Shown: one piece after another, positions 1-14,114 of the stretch
Layout: each line of letters opens with the position of its first letter
How positions within the stretch are numbered: the stretch's first letter is position 1
Assembly (NCBI GenBank): GCA_024704765.1
Contig: JAKMXF010000332.1
Location: 985,080 to 1,049,079, forward strand
From: Oopsacas minuta
Lineage: Eukaryota; Animalia; Porifera
DNA: 64,000 nucleotides
Direction: 5' to 3'
Made by a program: the position numbers and the translations under genes
Notes under the pieces: model-generated
Seen by the model: the letters and a program-made list of their open reading frames with translations, nothing else
Told to the model about the DNA's origin: nothing
The model's database searches: none

Positions 1-843
1 AATATAATCATTTATTCTAGGGAAGTGTACTTAAAAAAATCGACTTACATTAAAATGACATTTGAGTAAAAACGAGACGTGATAGGGAATTCTGATGACA
101 GATTGAGAATCAGCATACTCAAGTTAACTAAAAACAACCCATGGATAATAATCAGCAAATTTGACGCAGGGCAGTGTATTTGATGCTCAAGAGAATAAGT
201 TTCTGATTAATTTATTCCAGCATTTGCTAGCTAAGTTATCATTCCTCTCTACTTATTCTATATCATGTTAAATTTGAAAACAAAGTTGATCTACATACTT
301 ACTTTGTTGTTTATGAGCTCCATGAGGGATGTATCCATTAATTTCGTCCTCAGCACTTCTTACAGGGAATCTGCTGGGATGCCTCTTTTTTGAGATGGTA
401 ACAGTGATCATATACTAATTTAAATCTCCGTCTGCACCTTAGTTCTTTATGACTAGCGAACTAGCACTTTTGTTGCTTGCCAAGTACTTAGATAACACTT
501 ACGCCATGGATAACATCTGTATTACAGTTGATGCATACTATTAATTTATCTATCCCCAAAAGCATACCATGAGATCTCTTTTACAATTTTCTGAAAAAAC
601 AAAGAGCGCTTGCAATTTCAATCGTCAACAACCCTAATAACTATTCTATTAGTATCTATTGTATCTCATTGTATCCCATTGGTGTCATACATTTTGTTCT
701 CACTCTTCGATCCCCGCGGACGTCCAAAATCAAGTCAGGTCAATTAGTCTAGACTTAAACTGGCACTATACATATTTTTTGATTCGTGGAAAGCTTACCA
801 TTTAACTTGAGAGTTGTAAACCCATTTTATTATCGACTGAGTA

Positions 844-1107
844 TTATGAAAGTTGGATACTAGGAGTATAATCACATTTACTGAAATATCCACTGATGGC
901 AGTATCGTGATAGGTACGGATAAACTCTTGGGTTGACCTCTGGCCTTGGTTGACGGAGATTTCTGTGCACCCAAATGTTTTATTGTACCTATGTTGCATC
1001 TTCACAGTAAATCCAAATGGAGAATACTTGTTATACCTCAGTAGCGACGTCAATATTTGTTGCATCCTCGATGTTGATAATTTTACTGGTAACTGAAAAT
1101 TTCCCAA
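844..1107 (-). pseudogene. Possible Gypsy-like integrase zinc-binding remnant
   Basis: ORF-track peptide FIRTYHDTAISGYF resembles the first half of the integrase HHCC motif (yH..p..GH.g); the flanks are too decayed to extend it. Confidence 0.3.
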
Positions 1108-1763
1108 TTAGTGTGTTTCATATTCCTATAACAGATGGATTGTTTACGTGGACTGTGGGTGGATATACCGTAAAAGCCAGGTTCCTTGAAACTATCACGA
1201 CTCTAGCATCTTTTCAACCACATCCTCTAATCTACAGAGTATATTCATCATGTAATTTAGATATGTGGTCATTTGGACTTTGTTAATTTGAACACCAATG
1301 AGCGTTAATAATCTGTGTTCTTTACTCGGAGTTCACATTAACCGGTATAATCCCAAATGAATAACCATTAAGTGACCTGATTGTGCTTAAATATTTGTTT
1401 GTCTTATCCGGAAATTCTTACAAACTGTGTTAAATAACGAGGTTCCACTACACTTACCGTTAGAATAAGACGTGTAGGATATCTTTCTTAATCTTATTTA
1501 GATGCATGGTAGAATGGATAATACATCAGCTTGAGGAACTCAATGTGAATCTTTTAGCCAATATTCCGAGGCTGTTGCTTTAATTGGCAGAGATTCGTCT
1601 GAGTTGACCATTTCTAAAAGAACTAGTCTAGTATTTAAATACAGGGTAGCTTTTCTTTTCTGATACAAAATACAGTATACCTATTAAGGCTCTATTTGAT
1701 TCTAGTCATTAGCTTACCATTTAGTATTTTGCTATTGAATATAAGGAACATATTGTCTACTAG

Positions 1764-2907
1764 ATGTGTGAAGATAGTATATCAAGAAATAGTATGGAAA
1801 GAGAGCGTGCTGCTATTATTGAATTATTTGCAAAGGGGTCTAGTCCGATCCATATCATGAAGAACCTGAATATTCCTATAAAAAGGCGAATGTTCGTAAA
1901 TCGCACCTTGATTCGATATAAGGATATTGAAGGAGTTTTTGACAGGCCGAGGAGTGACGTACGACTTCGATCACAACCACGAGGATGAAGAAGCTAATCC
2001 GGTCTCGCATTTTGCGAAGTCCTAAGAAATCAAATGAGAGAAATGGCCTTCGATCTCGAAATATTTCGCAGTTCAGTAACGAAAATTGTCAAAAGGGACT
2101 TAGCACTCTCTCCCAACTAACTAAATAAAGTTCACTTCATTTCCAACCAGGTAGAGCAAAAGCGATTTGCACGAAGCAGAGGCCTTGTTCGGAAGTTCCC
2201 AGATAGCGCTCTGGATAGTTTTCTCTTCTCTGATGAGAAATTATTCACAGTTGAGCAAGCCTATAATCGTCAAAATGACAGGATCCTTTCACCATCCTTA
2301 TCTATAATTCCTAATTAGCTCGATTGTGTGAAGAGAACTCAAAATTAGGCCTCCGTGTTGGTTTGGGCTGGAATTTCAGCAAACGGCCGAACCCCGCTAG
2401 CCTTTGTGCCATCTGGAGTGAAAATCAACTCTGAAACCTATAAAGAACTTATCCTAGAGTCTATTGTCAAAGATTTAAGTCAAATAATGTTCAATAATCT
2501 TCATTTTTGTTCCAAGAGGACGGTGCACCAGCTCACATGTCAAATGCCGCTAAAACCTTGCTTCAGAACAATATATCAGATTTCATCACCAAGGAGGAAT
2601 GGCAACCCTTTAGCCCAGATATCAACCCATTGGACATTTCTATCTGGGGCATCTAACAAACAAATGCCTGTGGTAAATCTCAAACATATACTGAGTCACT
2701 CAACTTGTCTCTGATTCGGGAATGGGGTAAAATCCCCCATGATACGTTGCGGACCGCTATTGACCGTTCTTAGTAATCTCAAAGCCGTCATCAGTCAATA
2801 GGTGATTACATTGAGTTATTGTTGCATAATCGTATTAGATTGCAGTATATAAAGTAAATTTAAGCTCAATATAATAATCTTCAGCTGGTTATATAATTTA
2901 TGGACTG
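1764..2907 (+). mobile_element. Decayed DD37D (maT-type) Tc1/mariner-superfamily element
   Basis: N-terminal HTH ORF at 1764; SDEKLFTVEQ, VWAGISANGRTPL and QEDGAPAH...SPDINPLD, with 37 residues counted between the last two D. Multiple stops and frameshifts. Probable right end ggactg|TA at 2907; left TIR not recognised. Confidence 0.8.
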
Positions 2908-3529
2908 TATAGTAAATATTAGAACTTAAGAGCCACCAGGTAAAAGAGCTTTGATCTCAAAATCAGTGCATTGTGTCCTCAATGACTCCTTGATTCTAAT
3001 TAAAGTCCTCCCCGCCATCTAGATAAACCGCTGTTTCTATCTCTTGTTTGTGCATCATAATGCTAATTTTCGACCTATCTTACTACTACTGAATTCTAAT
3101 GTATTTCAATGTTGGAAATCTATAAAATATTTCAAAGTGCTTGGAGTACGAATATATTTATTAGAATACTATATTTTACCGAGTAATGCTGATTTAAACA
3201 AATAGTGGCATATTTGGATTGCTGACTTCATTATTAACAATAGTATCAACCTTAGTAAGATTTCTGTCAGAGCTTCCTCATATAGTTTCCAATTGGTAAG
3301 TTATTTAATTAGCCTAATATTTAGAAAATATATATTGTCCTCTTACTTTTTGTCCCCAAAGCGTTACACATAGGACCGTATTTCAAGTCGGCCATTGCTT
3401 ATACTTAGCTTATTTTTTGTCTCCATTGTAAGTAGACGATTAACTTGTGTTTTATGACAAATTACTCTATGGATATTTTCTATCATTTTGGATTGTATAT
3501 CTTTGATTTTTTGGTTTTATCTTATCTAG

Positions 3530-3979
3530 AGTTTGGAAACAATTTGCTTGCTCTTAGCGTACAAGATTAAGTACCCCGAGAACTTCTTTTTGCTTAGAGG
3601 CAATCACGAATGCGCTTCAATAAATCGAATTTATGGATTTTACGATGAATGCAAACGTAGATTTTCTATTAAACTTTGGAAAACGTTTACTGATTGCTTC
3701 AACTGTTTACCAGTAGCTGCAATATTAGACGAGAAAATATTTTGTTGTCACGGTGGCCTCTCTCCAGATCTTCAGTCAATGGAGCAGATCCGAAGAATTA
3801 TGCGCCCTACGGATGTTCCTGATCAGGGCTTGCTTTGCGACCTTCTTTGGTCTGATCCTGAAAAAGATACTATGGGGTGGGCAGAGAATGAAAGGGGCGT
3901 ATCTTTCACTTTCGGTGGGGAGATTGTTGCAAAGTTTTTGCAGAAACATGATCTAGATCTCATTTGCAGAGCTCATCAA
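3530..3979 (+). CDS. PPP1C: Serine/threonine protein phosphatase 1 catalytic subunit, internal exon (450 nt, phase 0/0)
   Basis: [44 protein letters not shown]...DLICRAHQ is near-invariant PP1 sequence. Acceptor cttatctag ends at 3529; donor GTAAGT starts at 3980. The ORF-track extension to 4036 is intron read-through. Confidence 0.97.
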
Positions 3980-4273
3980 GTAAGTATTGATATGTATTAT
4001 TTCTGTTTACATGGAAGGCTATATGATCATTATTAATTTGTCATATTTTTGTCTCTTAAAGAAAGTACAAAATTTGTTAACTTTTATCAGAAATATCAAA
4101 CTTTGCTTTCGTTGAATGCTACAAAACTCCTTTCTGCAATTATAAATGAATCTACTTCGAAAACGTAATTATTTAATTTGCAGGTAATTCACCGGCGCTT
4201 ATCTAAAGCACTAACATGCTCCACTACGACTTAGTGCCTTGTTTGTTTAAGTATTGAACAAACACAATTTTTA

Positions 4274-7043
4274 GTGTTATTGGTACCTACGCTACCAGAT
4301 ATACTCGGCACTAGCCCTTTTATATTGTTCTCATTGCAACTTGATAAGTCAATTGATGTATCTTCATGCTCACAATTATTGGTTTACGTCCGTTATGTGC
4401 ACGTGAAAAAATTTAAGGAAGAGTTTTTGCTATGTCGCGAACTTGAAACCAGAACGAAGGCATAGGATGTGTTCAAATTGATTGATAGCTTTTTCCAAGA
4501 TAATAAAATTGAGTGGAAGTATTTGTGTGGAGTTTGTACCGACGGCGTGCCAGCAATGCTTTGTTCACGTTCTGGTTTCCAAAAGCTTGTTAAGGAAGAT
4601 CGCCAGAAGTCACAAGCACACATTGCATGATTCATAGACAAACACTTGCCTGTAAAACTATGCCAGCACAGCTTTTGACAGTGATGACATTAGTTATTAA
4701 GATCGTAAATTTTATTACATCGAGTGCTCTTAACACTCGCCTTTTCAGGGAACTTTGCGAAAATTTGGCTGCTAGCCATCAGACTCTACTTTTCCACACC
4801 CAAGTACGTTGGCTTTCCAAAGATAATGTGCTTAAACGAGCCTTGGAGTTGCTTCCAGAGATTAAATTATTTCTTGGTCAACACCGAAAACATGAATTCT
4901 TGACACAAATCAATGATTCCAATAATGATGTTTTTCTAATGTATCTTGTGGATATATTTGATCGTATCAATGTACTGAATCTCTCACTTCAGCGAAAAGA
5001 AAAGTACATGTTTGATTTGAGTGATAAACTCAAAGTTTGCCAAATGAAAATTCACAATTGGAGAAGAAAAATGGACTCAGGGAATGTATGATTGTTCGAA
5101 AGATTATCCGAATATTTTGATTACAACGATATTGTGTTGGATAATAATTCAAAAACAATAATCTCTGAGCACCTTACGGCCTTAGGCGAAGAATTTTCTC
5201 ATTATTATCCCGAGTGGAAGGACTCAGATTTGAAATTACCGAGAAATCCATTCACTTTCTCCCCTCAAGCAATACCTGACGATAATGATCGTGCACAGGA
5301 AGAATTGATAGACCTGATTAATGATGGATCTGCCAAGGAACTATTTGAAAGAGAGGAATTGAGTACCTTTTGATGTTCAATGGAGGAGTCATATCCTCTT
5401 CTCACTGAAATTATCCTGATGAGACTTTTGCCATTCCCTACCACGTACTCTTCTACAAATAAAAACAAGCACAAGAATAAATTGAAAGTGGAAGATGACC
5501 TCCGTTGTGGTCTTGCAAATACAGATCCCGAAATTCAGGATTTAGTTAAGGATAAACAGCTACATCCTTCTCATTGATATAATACAGGGTGTCCAGTAAT
5601 TATTGATACCTTTCATAAGTTGCTATAAGTTTCGAAAACTACCCACCATTTATTCATTTCATTTACCTATATAATCTCCTTCTAATTCTATGCATTTTGC
5701 AATTCTATTCGGCATGCCTACTATTAAATTTTCGAGGAGCGAAGAATCTAAGTTTGACCAAGCATTTTTCAGAAGAAATATGAGGTCATGAAGGTTGTTG
5801 TTCGGCTGGGGTGCCTCCTCAAGCTTCTGCTTGAGTATTGCCCAAAGATTTTCAATGGGGTTCAGGTCTGGCGAATTACCTAGCCATACTTCTTTCTGCC
5901 AAAAATTACGTAGGTGTTTATAACACCATTCTTGCGAAATTTTGGCCCTGTGAGATGGAGCACCATCTTGCATGAATATCGATTTCAACGGGCCTGGAAA
6001 CATTCTCTTCTGCAAGATATTTCCTGTCTTTCTTTTGTGTTTAATTGCATCTTTACAGGTTTGGCCAATATCTCATCCGTATAATAGGCGGAATTTATAT
6101 TTTGTTTAGGAGGTATTATGTGCAGTTCAGAGACCGCTTGATAGCTCATCATGCCCCACACCATGACTCTTTGAAGAAATTTTACTGTTTGCTGAGGGGG
6201 TATATTTGCTGAACTCTTTGCCCAAATTCGCTCATTTAGATGGTTTGAACGATGAAAAAGTTCAAATGGAGACTCATCACTCCAAAGAATGGATTTCCAA
6301 TCATCCACTGACCAATTTCGATATTTTTGGCAGAACAAAAGTCTGTTTTCCTTATGTTTTGGTGTCAATTTCGGTTGTTTGGGCCTTTTGAAGGGTTTAG
6401 CGCCAACAGACTTCTTCAAATAAGAGTGTACAGTACTTTTCGAAATAGAATGTCCTTTAGATTTCAATTTTGCACTCAATCTCCTTATGGACTGATGTCT
6501 TTTTCCCAAAGACTTTGATATTATCATATTTGCCATTGGATTCAATTTTGGCGGCCTTCCTGCACCAAGTCTATGATGGAGACTCTGGTTATTGATATGG
6601 CGTTCCACCACCTTTTAATAGTGGCAATTCCCTTAATAAGAAGATTAGCTACATCTTTCTGTGTCATGGCGCCTTCTATCATACCAATACCACGTGAACG
6701 AATCTCAATATTCATGATAATGACGCTAATAAAGATAGGAAATTGTGGTTAAATAAATTATACAAAATTTCACTAAATTTTTGGTATTTGAAATTCAAAA
6801 ATTGCAGAAAAGATCGAATCGGTAATGAACATTAATGAAATAACCTTATACATACTTAGGGAACAACATAACTCAAAGTATGGTCGAATAAAAATAGAAA
6901 TTCATGGTATCAATAATTTCTGGACACCCTGTTATTAGTTTGTCTTTATTTGATCAAATATTTCTCACAAGGAAATTAGGGAGTCGCGAATTAAAGGGTG
7001 CACTTTTAGGGGGTCGCCAGAGGAACAAGTTTGAGAACCACTG
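4274..7043 (+). mobile_element. 5'-truncated hAT (Buster/Charlie, ZBED5/FAM200-like) element, split by a Tc1-like insertion
   Basis: LQLD(K)SIDVS, CTDGVPAM, THCMIHRQTLA, HTQVRWLSK, YLVDIFDRINVLNLSLQ and a C-terminal ...LHPSH* at 5577; many stops. Right end reads CAGTGGTTCTCAAAC on the reverse strand, ending at 7043. Confidence 0.85.
5585..6931 (-). mobile_element. Full-length Tc1-like element with DD37E spacing; transposase frameshifted near 6000
   Basis: 26-bp TIRs CAGGGTGTCCAG(T/A)AATTATTGATACC with 1 mismatch; TA on the left, TT on the right. ORFs 5985-6611 (GAGRPPKL, WSDES, VWG) and 5659-6015 (QDGAPSH...NSPDLNPIE; 37 residues between D and E). Confidence 0.92.
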
Positions 7044-7299
7044 CGATAACATATATTATCAAGGTTGAGATACTAGCGAAGCGAACCGAAAATTTATAGA
7101 TTGGAATTTGAACAAATATTGATTGTATTGATATATCAGTTACATGTTATATTACAAACACTGATTTGCTTGTGAATTCAGGTATTTTATCATTTTGTAT
7201 TGTTTCAGGAACACTTTATGTTATATATTTTTATCCTGGAGTCTGTCTACGTCTTAGTCTTTAGAGGACGAGCAAAAACAAACTTTGAGAGTTAGTATA

Positions 7300-7640
7300 C
7301 AGCCACAATTTTGTGCTGATATCCAAACCAGTTAACCAGCGTATCACAAACAAGATCAATGCTCGAGTCTAGCGTACCCATGGTTCTTCTGTTGGTCCGA
7401 TAGAATATAATTTCTTCAGGGATTAGGCTGGCGTGGGGCATTCATTTGACATACATGTCATGATGTTACCTATGAAAAGACCTAAATTTATCCATCCATA
7501 GGAAATTACTTCAAACAGATTGTATACATGATCTTCAACATATGCCTCCAATAATAATTCGCATTCCAGTATGGCTAACATTGTGATTATATTCTAATAG
7601 CGCGCTTCGCTTTTTAGGTCGTTGCCCGAATGGCGGACGA
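7300..7640 (-). pseudogene. Gypsy-like integrase remnant (HHCC to core junction)
   Basis: Manual reverse-strand reading gives LLEYNHNVSHTGM...HVCQMNAPRQ...PTEEPWVR, across frameshifts. Confidence 0.45.
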
Positions 7641-8449
7641 TCCTTGAGCTTTATGCCTTGTTCTAGCTTAATCATGTAACAGCTAAATTAGTCTATGCTT
7701 TTTGGTCGAAACGCGAATGGATGTACTCGACAATTCGTGATTTGAGTTAATAATAAAGTAGAAACTTGTTTTTTAATATCCATTGATCATCCAAATAGCA
7801 TTTAACGGCCTTCTGTGGTAATACTGGAGCAGTTACGTGGCATTGGGTTACTGATCTCAGCATTTCGTGCCTCAATTATTATGCAGATCTCAAAAATAAC
7901 GAAATTCGTTAAAATTTGATTTTTTGGTAGTCATGATGACGTAATTAACTTGTGGTGATTTTCATTTTGCCACATTAAATTTCAAACTTCTATTATCTAT
8001 ATTGACAGAGCAGTGTCAAATAATTTTGCGATTTATCCACCACAGAAGCTTTCACTTTAATTAGATGTTACTTAGATTGAAATTATCATCGTGTGTCACT
8101 ACACACACTTTTACGATTAGCACTATCGTCCAATATGGAAACAAGTGGTACATGGTGGCGAGGATTCTCAATTATCAACAATACCTTGTAGCTATTCCAT
8201 GTGATAGTTCTGTAATAGACATATGAATGTGTAGAATAGGAATTCGAAATCAAAATAACACATATTATATTTATTAAATTCATTACAGATGAATATTTGA
8301 GTTGTTTATTACTATTTTCAATGATGCCTCCATATGAGTGAACGTCAGGCTACTCAGCTATCTATGGAGACTAGTGAGGACAATGCTGTCCGTCTCAGGC
8401 TATGCGAGAGCGTCAGATGTCTTAAGAAGTATCTTTGAAGGTGAAACAA

Positions 8450-8900
8450 GTCCTTGAAAGAAAGGTTCACCGAGATGAGTTGTATTCTAACACTTGTAAA
8501 TATCGAATATCCGATAATTTGACCAGATCACTAATTAGCTGTGATGTTCCAGATGGTTATGTGGATTAACATTAATGTGGCAGTTTTAGTTTTAGCAGCT
8601 CTGTGTGTCTGGCCAAGGGGTTGATTGTGATAAACCTGAGAGATCAATGCAGGGACTGACACCTTAAATAATTCTTCCCCTATATACTTTTGATTTTTAT
8701 CTCCATTTCTGATACATTAGTACCAAGAGACACAACTCCTGTTGTACTGATCGAGTAAATCTTGTCACTTGTGATAGGCTCGTGTTTAGCCAAGATGTTG
8801 CACCGCTTCAAGGATACATGATCCATGCTCCTAGCTGTTCCAAAGGCCTCTGATATTTTTAGGGTGATATCTTGTTCTATTCCTCACTAGTGATAGAAGA
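8450..8900 (-). pseudogene. Second Gypsy-like integrase zinc-binding remnant
   Basis: Reverse-strand fragments LISQVYHNQPLG..HRAAKT and DLVKIIGY resemble the integrase HHCC region; heavily decayed. Confidence 0.35.
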
Positions 8901-10509
8901 ACTATAAGTCCAGAAAATTGTAAGTTAATGAGTCAAGCAAATTCACCAGAGGAAAAGCTCTTCGCCTTATTATTCAAAGACATCATAGTAATCAAAGGAG
9001 TGACTTGTGCTAAGTTTGGATTCATTTTTTGACAACATAAGTTATTTATACTATTTGCATCCAATTTCTCTCCGTTTTTGTGAGTCTGAAGAATGGGAAT
9101 GTGTATTTTGATCAGAAATAATATTAAATTTTGACGAGAGAATCAATGTAGAATTATGATCAGAAAAGTATAATTTTGAAACTACCTGTTTCTATAGCGT
9201 CTTTCATGATATTCTTTGTGCAACTGAGGTGATTATATTTGAATTGGTTGAAAGCTATCCCCTATATGTGGTTCAGCTGCTTTAAAGTTATTTTTGATGT
9301 TGTTGATGTTGAATTTTCTCTGGATTAGCTGAAATATACACCTACTTGAGGCTCGCGTAAATATGTAATCAGCCGATGTCTCAGGCCCAATCTGTAAAAC
9401 TATAGTGTGACAGGGGCAGTCCCAATATTTTGCAGACCCAGTGTAATTCAGTACCAAGATTTCAAACCCGGGAGAAAATCATATCATTTAACGAGCAGTG
9501 GTGGTCTAAAGATCTGTTTAACCCGGGTCAGGGCCTGGGCTATGGATTTCGCATCCGGGCAAATGCCCGGTTTTACCCACTATGTGACAGCCACTGAGTG
9601 TAACTTTCATCAAGAAATCACTACTGTTGATTCTACTAGAGTATTGTCGGCATAGTAAACTGTTAACGAATTGATTTCATCTAAAATTAAATTCTTTAAA
9701 TTTTCACAAATCAATAAAAATAAATTTATTAAATATGCGTAGTGTTTCCTCAAAACTGATTAGGCGCATCATTTAACAGGTTTAACTTGTTAAATGATCC
9801 GCTTAAGATATCTAGCTGCGCTAGAATATGGAGTATATACATAGGGCTTGATACCTGAACATGTGACCGAGGCAGCTCTCAAGCCCACATATTAGCGGTC
9901 TAGCAAGATCCAGTTGGAAGAACTGAAATGTGTGATATGAAAAAGAAATAATCGATTAATCGAATTTAAGCTAAAAATCAATCTAAATCATTGATTTGAT
10001 TTTAAATATATCATCAAAATTATTTATGCATAGCCCTGCGTCTTAGAATTCAATATTTAGGCCAATAAATATGACACCAAGGAAGGCACATATGTCACCG
10101 TCAAAATTGAATGGACGCCAAATTGTGTGAGGTTATTCTTATACAATTTTATACTTATGATATTATGGGTTAACTAAAATAGAAATATATTTGTGTAATT
10201 ACTATTCAATAACATACAGAAGTCAGCGAGATGTACTGGGATATTAGGCCTACAATAACACTTGTGCTATCACGCAAAGTTACTGCGCCATTTCTAACTA
10301 GTTACTATAGATATGTTGTTGTGTTTGCTTCTGTTTTATCTGGACCAAATCAATCTACTTTCCTTTTGTCAAATACTAAAGAAATTTTCGAAGCAGAGCT
10401 TTAGTAGCTCACCAATTTACATTTGGTGAGGAGAGAGGAGAGAGATGAGATTAAAGAGAGCTACAGAGAAGATGGCTGTAACACATACGATCCCAATTAT
10501 GGCAGGACC

Positions 10510-13500
10510 AAGTTGCACTATTCTGTGGAGTAGTTTATGTGAGTAAAGGTCCTGTACGTGAAGGTGGTGATATCCGGGGGACTCCATGGCAGCACATCAC
10601 GAGCTCAGTCATGGGGGAGGTGACAGGGTGTACGAGTATTTCATGAGCCACAACGACGATCTTGATGACGATTCCTACAACCTTACTGTACCCCTGCTGA
10701 TCGAAACACAAGCTACACCTTATATTAACATCCTCTCTGTCCAGTCTGTGTAATAGATGATGACAACTATTCTGTGAGTTGCAGCCATTGTAAGCTGGAT
10801 CCATTTCATGCTGACTGCCTGGACCGACTGACGTGTACAGTAAGACTCCAGTACAGTACTTCTGTGCACGCGATGAGTACTGTAGGAAAGCGCGAAATAC
10901 TGAGAAGCTCGTCAAAAACCTGGAGAGCACTCAGAAAGCAAGGAATTGACATGATATAGTCTAGTATGAAACGTAGCAAGACTATTGAAAAGGAGATAAT
11001 GTGAAGATGCCATTTCTTACCCTAACAAGGTTAGAATTGGTACCAACAGCCTCATTAGTACCGTTACGGATGCGTACTGGATGGAAGGGCTTTCCAGATA
11101 GGGACTACACATGGAACAACCTGCCCACAGTGTGGCATCATCTAGAATTAGCAAAATTTTAGGGTCTTATAACTACCTGTAAATGTTGTAATATTGTTCA
11201 AGAGTCTGTCGAGAATACAACTATATTGTGTTTACTGTGTTTCAGCTTCTATGAATTTAAATTCTCATTGTCTAATGACGTAATTTTATAAGGTTTCAAA
11301 ACATTTTCCGAACTATAATTACGTTATCATAAATTCTAACAGTAGATGCAATCAAAATGCCTATTTGCAAGTAATTCAATTCCTGATTCATTTATAAGTA
11401 TTCACTATCATAACTTTGAACATTAATATCTCCCAAACTTAATAGAAATTTTGAGAGAACTCTTTTTCGAAGCCCCGAAAATTACCAAATTTCGGGATGT
11501 ATTTCGACATACTCAGAGGTAGATTTTTAAATGGGTACAATATGGGCCTCTATATTTTTAACAATGTTAAAGTACTGTATTACCCTTAATTTTATACAAT
11601 TATTAGCGCCCCATTCCCCACCATTTCGAATTTCAATCCAAATTTCTCTGGAACCAGCTCAATTTCAAACTTGTATTTTATCCAATTATTGATACTTAGT
11701 TGACATTACTTCCTTCCACCAGTTCAATGGATAAAACATTTGTTGCACAAAAAGAAGCATACGATATTTATAAATCACATGGTTGGAATAATTCTGGTGC
11801 AGCTCGTCAGATAATTGATGTTCATTCCTTGTCAGATGATCTGTTTGAAACCATTCGTTGGAAATTAAGAAATTTTCGAAAATCCAGAGATCATTATCAG
11901 AAGATTTACAACTTAAATGTTTGGGAGGGTATGGAGTTTTATTCAGTCACTACTTGTAACTCTGGATCATAAATGTCGATTGACACATTCGATTCTATTC
12001 CTGAGCACCACTCATTTATTGAAGAGAATCTAACAAAGATCAGAAAACCATTATTCAAACTCACAATGAAAGCAACTCGAAACCGTTTGAACGTTTGCTA
12101 AAGCATATTCAGTCCGTTGCCCAAAGGAAGCAGGTTGACGATAAGAAGGTTACTGCTTTAGCTCTGGAACTAATTTCTAATCAGGAAAATGATCGAGAAA
12201 CTTCCAGTATATGCAAAGAAATAATCACAACAGGCATGTATAGAAATGTAAAGAAAGTTTCGATACCTATGTCAAGTTATATAATAGATCTTCTCGAAAT
12301 TGGAGCATTCAAATACACACAGTTGAAGAAATTATTGAAACAAGATATCATATTCCCATTGTATAGAGTAATATCGCAATACCGTCAAGAAATTTCTCTT
12401 TTACGGAGCGTTTTATTTGTCACTAACCCTGAAGGTCACTCTATTGGTGTATCAGTTCCTTATTTCGAAATATTCGAACTAACAATTCAACGACATCTTT
12501 TAAGCTTCGATTCCATTGTAAACAACTCACAATATCCTTTGTCAGTTCGAATAGCAGACGGTCTAGATGGATCAGGCTCACACAATTCTTACAACCAAGT
12601 GAACTCAAATCTAGGTTTAGATACACACAGTATTATTCTATTCGGATTTAAAGTTCTCAGTATGACAGATAGCACAGGTTTCCCATTATACGTCGATACT
12701 TCTCCCAATTCACCTTTTTCATTCAGAGCAGTCTGCTTAATTGCGTTGAAGGATAATCACGAAAACGTTAAATTATTTTGGATACACTCATAAATCCGGC
12801 AACTAAATTAGTTGTAGAACAAGGAATTACAGTTGAAAATGGTCACATAGAAGTAGAAATAATTCGATCTATATTTGATACCAAAATGGCAGGTCTATTA
12901 GATGGAGCGGGTGGTGCATCATGTCATCTTTGCACGGCCACAGGAAGGAAATCAATAGTTTAGAGTGGGCCAGATCAGGTTTTCCAATTAATAGATACAT
13001 TATTGATGTTAACCAACTATTTGACGATATTAATGGGGAAGAAATATTTGGCCTACCTTCCAAAAACCGCTGTGGCATTACCCACCACCCTACTTCCGAA
13101 ATAAACATCTTAGCAGATTCTCCATTGCATGCGTATCTCTGTGTCTTTAGGTGGTATAAGTTACTCATATATCACTTAGACGCTGGGTTGTAGAAAGTGG
13201 TCACCTGCATACACAAAAGTACAGGACTCTTTGAAACGAATAAAATCAATTATAGAAGGAAAATCTAGTATCAAATCGATATTCGATCTAATCAAGGGGG
13301 ACTTCAACAACTGGTAATGTTGCATGAGACTGTTTCCGAGATAAAAGAGATTTCTTCAGATGGGCTACCTCCACTATTACCCCAGTTGATAAACCAACAC
13401 TTAAAATCATTCAAAACAACCTCTCGGTGATTTTGAGGATAGTTAACAGCAAGACCACATGGTCTTGAAAATCTTTGCAAGGAAACATATGAAATTGTTT

Positions 13501-14110
13501 TGAATCACTTTCCTTGGGTAAGCATCTCTCCCTCTTTTCATAAACTGTTTGCTCATTGTTTTCAAATAATTTATCGCTATAATCATGGTTATGGACTACA
13601 AAACCTTTCTGAAGAATGTTTAGAGGCTTGCAATAAGTATGTCAGAAGGTATAGAGAAAATTCAGCAAGAAAAACATCCTTTTCTGAGAACTTTCGTGAT
13701 ATTTTAGTCAGACTTTTGTGCTTCAGTGACCCTGTATTGGTTTTAAATCATCACAAAAGTATTAGAAAGGCTAAATCAAACGAAGATACCATGCTTGAAA
13801 CATCTGAACAGGATACCCTTTATGAATACCTGATAATCTATTAAAATTATGGATTAGTGATTTTAGTGATGACGTCATCTTCATATATTTCGAGTGAGAT
13901 AATTGAAAATTTGACTTGTCCAGTGAAATGTACGGGGTCGATTTTATATACAAGTATAATACAAATATTATCGATTTGAAGTTACAATTTGGCTAATCCC
14001 TCATTTTCGCCTTTTTGCCACACTTGTTGCCAGCACTCAACCACACTAACTTAACATCCTGCGGCACTGACAAGCTTCTCTACCATAACAATGTCCATAA
14101 GAGAAAGCTG
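10510..14110 (+). mobile_element. Internally deleted Ginger-like (KRBA2/SCAND3-type integrase) derivative, interrupted by a Transib at 11126-14026
   Basis: 10510-10660 is similar to 36285-36470 and 10670-10850 to 37910-38190. It carries SCSHCKLDPFHADCL; FQIGTTHG lies before the Transib and LNHTNLTSCG...KLS after it, matching the YQIGT...LS tail of the 15566 ORF. Confidence 0.65.
11126..14026 (+). mobile_element. Decayed Transib/RAG1-like transposon (family 2)
   Basis: Left end CACAGTGTGGCA follows CTGCC; right end tgccacacttg is followed by TTGCC (heptamer has a 1-nt lesion, TSD 1 mismatch). Fragmented ORF 11700-13844 carries RKPLFKLTMKATRNRL, LLEIGAFKYTQL, IADGLDGSGSH, GAGGASCHLCTAT, FHKLFAH and SEECLEACNK. 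Confidence 0.88.
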
Positions 14111-14114
14111 TCCT

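Noticed and set aside
1-3529. Upstream PP1 exons (GDIHG, GDYVDRG motifs)
   Set aside because: Not found by eye; they presumably lie upstream of the window.
3980-4036. ORF-track C-terminal extension of the PP1 ORF (VSIDMYYF...)
   Set aside because: Read-through into the intron past a consensus GTAAGT donor.
4171-4190. AG|GT recursive-splice-like sites in the long PP1 intron (4183/4184; also near 7180, 15560, 27081)
   Set aside because: CAGGTA-type strings are expected by chance at this density and several lie inside TEs; this needs nascent RNA data.
9578-9584. CACTATG (ProtoRAG-type heptamer) followed by TGACA
   Set aside because: No partner end, TSD or transposase remnant was found; expected by chance.
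11085-11125. Chromodomain-like reading WKGFPDRDYTW
   Set aside because: Another frame (FQIGTTHG) matches the Ginger-like tail and continues after the Transib, which explains the region better.
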